Origin: an uncultured Myxococcaceae bacterium
Lineage (GTDB): Bacteria > Myxococcota_A > Polyangia > Polyangiales > Ga0077539
Reading direction: 5' to 3'
Assembly: GCA_945952225.1 (NCBI GenBank)
Contig: CAMFHP010000008.1
Span: 1,798 to 65,797 of the forward strand
DNA length: 64,000 nt
A program made the position numbers and the translations under genes. The notes under the pieces were generated by a model. The model saw nothing but the letters and a program-made list of their open reading frames with translations, was not told where the DNA came from and made no database searches. Shown here in pieces: positions 59,689 to 64,000 of the stretch. Each line of letters starts with the position of its first letter. Position 1 is the first letter of the stretch.

Positions 59689-60642
59689 ATGAAGGCGTCA
59701 ACCCTCACGCTCGACCGCGGCGGCGAGCGGATCTTCGTGTACGCGTGGCTCCCCGACGGCGACGCCCCGGTGCGCGGCGTGGTGCAGGTGAGCCACGGCA
59801 TGGCCGAACACGCGGCGCGCTACGAGCCCCTCGCGGAGTCGCTCGTCGCGCAGGGCTTCGCGGTGTACGCCCACGACCACCGCGGCCACGGACGCACCGC
59901 GGGAGACCCTTCGCGCCGCGGACATTTCGCCGACCGTGACGGATGGCGCGCCGTCGTCGACGACCTCTACGCCGTGGGCGACCACGCGCGCGCGCAGCAC
60001 CCCGGCGCACCGCACGTTCTCTTCGCCCACAGCATGGGCGCGTTCATGGGGCAGCAGGCCCTCTACGAGCGCGGCGGTGACTACGCCGCCGTGGTGCTCT
60101 CGGGCTCGACGAGTCCGGTGAGCAATCCGCTCGCGCCCATCGGACGCGTCGTCGCGCGGGCCGAGCGCTGGCGCCTCGGACCGAAGTCGGCGAGCGCGCT
60201 GCTCACGAAGCTCTCGTTCGGCGAGTTCAACCGCGCGTTCAAGCCCGCGCGCACCGAGTACGACTGGCTGAGCCGCGACGCCGCCCAGGTCGATCGCTAC
60301 ATCGCCGACCCGTGGTGCGGCTTCGACATGACGACGCAGTCGTGGGTCGACCTGCTCGACGCGCTGCCCGTGATCGCGGCGCCCGAGAACGTCGCGCGCA
60401 TCCCGAAGGATGTGCCCGTGTACATCCTCGCGGGCTCGATGGACCCGGTGTCGGGCGCCGTGAAGGGCCTGCGCCAGCTCGTCGACGCGTGGAGCGCCGC
60501 GGGCCTGCGCGACCTCACGTGGAAGGTCTACGAGCAGGGCCGCCACGAGATGCTCAACGAAATCAACCGCGCCGAGGTGCTCGACGACCTCCGACGCTGG
60601 CTCGAACGAACCGTCCCCGCGAAGAAGGGAGATCCGTCATGA
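59689..60642 (+). CDS. alpha/beta hydrolase (lysophospholipase / monoacylglycerol-lipase-like)
   Basis: 'VVQVSHGMAEHAARY', 'AHDHRGHGRT', nucleophile 'FAHSMGA', and 'GSMDPV...GRHEMLNE'. Confidence 0.85.
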   Translation: MKASTLTLDRGGERIFVYAWLPDGDAPVRGVVQVSHGMAEHAARYEPLAESLVAQGFAVYAHDHRGHGRTAGDPSRRGHFADRDGWRAVVDDLYAVGDHARAQHPGAPHVLFAHSMGAFMGQQALYERGGDYAAVVLSGSTSPVSNPLAPIGRVVARAERWRLGPKSASALLTKLSFGEFNRAFKPARTEYDWLSRDAAQVDRYIADPWCGFDMTTQSWVDLLDALPVIAAPENVARIPKDVPVYILAGSMDPVSGAVKGLRQLVDAWSAAGLRDLTWKVYEQGRHEMLNEINRAEVLDDLRRWLERTVPAKKGDPS

Positions 60643-60854
60643 AGCAGGCGACCCTCACCATCACCGGCATGCACTGCGGCGGCTGCGTGGCCTCCGTCGA
60701 CCGCGTGCTCGCGAAGCTGCCCGGCGTGGGCGAGCGCAAGATCACCGTCGGGTCCGCGACGCTCACCGTCGACGAGACGCAGGTGGGCGAGGCGCAGCTC
60801 CGCGACGCCATCGACGGCGCGGGCTTCGACGTGACCGACGTCGCGTGGTCGTGA
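60639..60854 (+). CDS. heavy-metal-associated (HMA) domain protein, CopZ-like
   Basis: 'ITGMHCGGCVASV' (MxCxxC), 71 aa. The ATG overlaps the upstream TGA (ATGA). Confidence 0.85.
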   Translation: MKQATLTITGMHCGGCVASVDRVLAKLPGVGERKITVGSATLTVDETQVGEAQLRDAIDGAGFDVTDVAWS

Positions 60855-61312
60855 GCACCGCCCCCGCCGAGGCGCGCAAGGCCCTGCAGACCAGCGTCGT
60901 GCGGATGCGCGTGCACTACGCCGAGGTCGACCGCATGGGCTTCCTCCACCACAGCAACCACCTGCGCTGGTTCGAACGCGGCCGCGAGGAGTTCTGCCGC
61001 CGCCGCGCCGCGGCCTATCGCGAGATGGAAGACGCGGGCGTGCTCGTCGTCGTGGTCGACCTCGACGTGCAGTACAAGTCTCCGCTGCGCTACGAAGACG
61101 TCGTCGACCTCCACGTGCGCCTCACCGACGTGCGCCACGCCTCGCTCACCTGGGAGTACGAGATGCGCCGCGTGGGCGACGACGCGCTCGCCGCGACGGG
61201 CCGCACGCGCCACGCGTTCGTGACCCGCGAGGGGCGCATCACCCGCGTCGACGCGCGCGTCGCGGGGCTCCTCACCGGCGACGAGACCGAGACCCGCCTC
61301 GGCGAGATCTGA
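60845..61312 (+). CDS. acyl-CoA thioesterase (4HBT / YbgC-like)
   Basis: 'VHYAEVDRMGFLHHSNHLRWFERGREEF', and hot-dog fold spacing. The GTG start overlaps the end of the HMA gene by 10 nt. Confidence 0.8.
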   Translation: MVVSTAPAEARKALQTSVVRMRVHYAEVDRMGFLHHSNHLRWFERGREEFCRRRAAAYREMEDAGVLVVVVDLDVQYKSPLRYEDVVDLHVRLTDVRHASLTWEYEMRRVGDDALAATGRTRHAFVTREGRITRVDARVAGLLTGDETETRLGEI

Positions 61313-61321
61313 TCCGCGCGC

Positions 61322-62482
61322 TCAGCGCCCCTCGCACACGCCGCCGTCGACCGCGCTCCATCGCACCGCGGGATGGCGTCGCACGATCGTCGCCTGCTGC
61401 CGCGAGAGCCCCCGCGCCATGGCCTCCGTGGGCCGCGCGTTCATGAGGTTCGAGGCGTCGGTGTCGTCGAGGACGTCCGCGCGTCCGTCGGCTTCGACCG
61501 AATGGTAGAGCCCGAGGTAGTGCCCGAGCTCGTGGGCCATCACGCGCACCGCGTGGGGCGGCGCTTCGGTGCCCGGCGGAATCGCAAAGCACCCGTCGCT
61601 CAACACCACCCCGTCGGCCACCGACGACGTCGCCCCTCCCCCGGGAACGTGCGTCGTGAAGCCCTCCGGCGACGTGGTCTCGCCGAGCGTCGCGTTGCGC
61701 ACCGTGAGGCATCGCACGCCCCACACGGTGATCCGCGGCGCCGACGCTTCGAAGCCCCTGCACGCGCTGGCCGCACGGGCCGTGAGGTCTGCGAGCGTGG
61801 CCCCCTCGCCCGCCTGCACGGTCACCTCGTCGGCCACCGACGGAGGAAGCACACACCGCGCGACTACACGCACGCGCAACGCGGCGTCGGCGAGCTCGGC
61901 GGACACGTCGCGTTCGAAGCGCCGCAACGACGCGTCATCGGCCCGCGCGAGCCAGCTCGATGGCGTGGCGATCACCGCGAGGTCGAGCGCGCCCGTCGCA
62001 CCGGGGGTCGCATCGTCGAGGGCCACCCGCGCGACCGTCGCGCGCACCCCCGAAGGGAGCGGCCGCAACGACGCGCCCGTCGCACAGTCACGAAGCGCGA
62101 GCGTCACGCGCGAAGGCCCGAGCCGCGACGCATCGGAGGGGATCGCGAACCACCCCGCGCCCTGCATCACGCTCACGCGCTGGAAGCACCGGACGCACGT
62201 GGGCCCGAAGTCTCCGGGCGTGACGAGCGCGGTGCCGTCGTCGAGGGTGAGCGCGTCGACCTGCACGCAGCGCGAAGGGTCCGAGAGCGTGACCGCGAGG
62301 AGGTGGGCGCCGGCGGGGAGTGCGAAGGGTCCCGCGCGTCCGTCGTCGCCGAACACCGACGCGCCGACGGGCACCAGGGGCGTCATCGCGCGGCACGTCA
62401 CGACATCGGGAATCGCCGTGTACGAAGGCGTTTCACACGACGCGAGGGCGACGAGCGCGAGCGCGAGCGGGCACCGGGCCAT
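61322..62482 (-). CDS. lipoprotein zinc metalloprotease (metzincin-type HExxHxxGxxH)
   Basis: Lipobox 'LASC'. 'VMAHELGHYLGLYHS' lies near the C-terminus and is followed by 'NLMN'. Confidence 0.75.
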   Translation of the reverse strand: MARCPLALALVALASCETPSYTAIPDVVTCRAMTPLVPVGASVFGDDGRAGPFALPAGAHLLAVTLSDPSRCVQVDALTLDDGTALVTPGDFGPTCVRCFQRVSVMQGAGWFAIPSDASRLGPSRVTLALRDCATGASLRPLPSGVRATVARVALDDATPGATGALDLAVIATPSSWLARADDASLRRFERDVSAELADAALRVRVVARCVLPPSVADEVTVQAGEGATLADLTARAASACRGFEASAPRITVWGVRCLTVRNATLGETTSPEGFTTHVPGGGATSSVADGVVLSDGCFAIPPGTEAPPHAVRVMAHELGHYLGLYHSVEADGRADVLDDTDASNLMNARPTEAMARGLSRQQATIVRRHPAVRWSAVDGGVCEGR

Positions 62483-62521
62483 GGCGCGCGTTGTCGCCCA
62501 TCTCGCGCCGCGTGCGAAGGG

Positions 62522-63160
62522 TCAGCGCGGGTCGACGAGAAACGACACCGTGGCCTCGACCGCCGCGCCGTCGATGGCGTGCCCCAGCGTCGGATGCACG
62601 CGCGCGTTCACCGTCGCGCCGCGCGCACGCAACGAGTCTGCGAAGCCCCGCGACTCGTCGGGCGAGACGTTCATGTCGGCGCCCCCGGTCACGAGCAGAA
62701 AGGGTGTGGTGATCGCGCCCTCGGGCAGCTCGGCCCCGCGACCGCAGAGCGACACCACCGCGCCCAGCGGACGGCGCGCGCCGACCCACGCCGCGAGCGA
62801 GGCGCCCTGCGAGAAGCCCACGAGCGAGAGCTGCGACCACGAGAGCCCGCGCGCGGCGCACTGGGCGGCGAGCCACACGTCCATCGTGTCACCGGCGGCG
62901 CGCATGCGGGCGGCGCGGTTCGAAGCGTTCATGCCGCGCACGTCCCACCACGCGCGGCCGAAGCCCATGGGCGCCGCGCGGAATCCGTCGGGGAGCAGCA
63001 GCTCGGCGTCGGGGAGCGCGCGCGACACCGCGCGGGCCACGGGCACCAGGTCGTCGGCGGTGGCGCCGTAGCCGTGAAGAAACACCACCAGCCGTCGCGG
63101 GGTCTCGTGCGCCGCGATCTGCAACACGCGCGGATCGTCCGCGCCAGCGTCCTCGAACAT
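62522..63160 (-). CDS. phospholipase/carboxylesterase family alpha/beta hydrolase
   Basis: Start chosen at 'MFEDAGADD'. 'VVFLHGYGA', nucleophile 'GFSQGA', and 'GGADMNV...GHAI'. Confidence 0.8.
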   Translation of the reverse strand: MFEDAGADDPRVLQIAAHETPRRLVVFLHGYGATADDLVPVARAVSRALPDAELLLPDGFRAAPMGFGRAWWDVRGMNASNRAARMRAAGDTMDVWLAAQCAARGLSWSQLSLVGFSQGASLAAWVGARRPLGAVVSLCGRGAELPEGAITTPFLLVTGGADMNVSPDESRGFADSLRARGATVNARVHPTLGHAIDGAAVEATVSFLVDPR

Positions 63161-63517
63161 TGCGTGAGCTCCTGATGGGGCGTCGCCCTGCACGCGCAGC
63201 GCGAGAGCGCCACGGCCAGCGCACGCGCGCGGCCGTCTTCACCCGTAGTGCACGCAACCACGCGAAGTTCCCACCGACGGCTCCCTCGGAGGTCGCGCCT
63301 CCCCCCCATCCATATTTGCATGACCGTTCGCGCGCTCCCCGGCCGACGCACGGGTGACCGCCAACCCGTACCCGCGCGCCGGATCTCCCTTGCGCTCGTG
63401 GCGTTGTCTTCGCCACCGGGCAGGACTGTCGCGAGGGCGCCCCCAGCCCCCGAGGCCCGCCGCACCCACGCGGTTCAACCATCACGTTGCATCGCGCGAC
63501 CGGCCTACGATCGCGCC

Positions 63518-64000
63518 ATGAAGTTCCCCCCCTCTGCACGTTGCGCTGTGGGCCTGTTGCTCCTCCTCGGTTGCGAGGATCCCGCATCCCCCCCGACCGA
63601 CGTTCCCCTCGACAGCGCCCCCGACGCGCCCACGGACCGCACCGCCCCACCCGACGCCGCTCTGATCGACGCAGCGTCCGACACGGCACCGGACACTCCA
63701 GCAGCCGACACCGACCTGCGCGACGCAGCCCCAGCCGACAGCGCCGCCGACGCCGCAACCGATGCCGCCACGGACAGCGCGACCGACGCCGCAACCGACA
63801 GCGCCTCCGATCGACCGGCCGCGATCGAGCGTTGCAACGGTCTCGACGACGATGGCAACGGCACGGTCGATGACCTCGCCCCCTCGCCGTGCGCGACGGG
63901 CCCCTGCATGGTGGGGCGCAGCGTGTGTCGTGCGGCGATCGCTGCCGGCGTCGAAGAGGCACCGCGGTGCGAGCGAACGAGCTACGTCGCATCGACCGTC
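63518..64000 (+). CDS. lipoprotein with Asp/Ala/Pro spacer and 'CNGxDDDxNG' Cys-rich repeat (3' end cut by window edge)
   Basis: I translated the frame to the window end and found no stop: MKFPPSARCAVGLLLLLGCEDP...ERCNGLDDDGNGTVDD...CATGPC. Lipobox 'LLGC'. It is absent from the ORF track because the ORF is open at the window edge. Confidence 0.6.
   Translation, partial: MKFPPSARCAVGLLLLLGCEDPASPPTDVPLDSAPDAPTDRTAPPDAALIDAASDTAPDTPAADTDLRDAAPADSAADAATDAATDSATDAATDSASDRPAAIERCNGLDDDGNGTVDDLAPSPCATGPCMVGRSVCRAAIAAGVEEAPRCERTSYVASTV

Overview
This is a 64-kb chromosomal segment from a very GC-rich bacterium. Third codon positions are almost all G/C, so every real gene is shadowed by long antisense ORFs. 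Two secreted proteins end in MYXO-CTERM-like tails (Cys motif, TM helix, Arg cluster). Together with many lipoproteins, TPR/FHA/Ser-Thr-kinase/NtrC-type regulators and 'CNGxDDDxNG' Cys repeats, this points to Myxococcota; that is inference, since no search was possible. I call about 52 CDS and found no rRNA, tRNA, CRISPR, transposase or integrase by eye. Housekeeping anchors are ffh, parA-parB, folD, rpsA and selA. Main points of interest: (1) A co-directional cluster at 4674-14511 contains a lipoprotein, a YqiJ/NfeD-like OB-fold membrane protein, a flotillin, a 1,899-aa single-AAA+ giant protein with a PilZ-like tail, and a translationally coupled lipoprotein subclass-B1 metallo-beta-lactamase. 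(2) A divergent pair joins an alkylglycerol-monooxygenase-like fatty-acid-hydroxylase protein with pterin-4a-carbinolamine dehydratase. (3) Two tandem, 4-nt-overlapping ~1,350-aa FecR-VIT-vWA-TPR paralogs lie divergent from an FHA-NtrC-type ATPase that lacks GAFTGA and from a Ser/Thr kinase. (4) A heme-c (CxxCH) fusion to a PHM/DBH-like copper monooxygenase is followed by a Rieske-domain protein. (5) A Fur-family gene is followed by a ZIP-DUF318 permease fusion. All functional calls come from motif recognition by eye. Start codons in this GC-rich DNA are uncertain by tens of codons in several genes.
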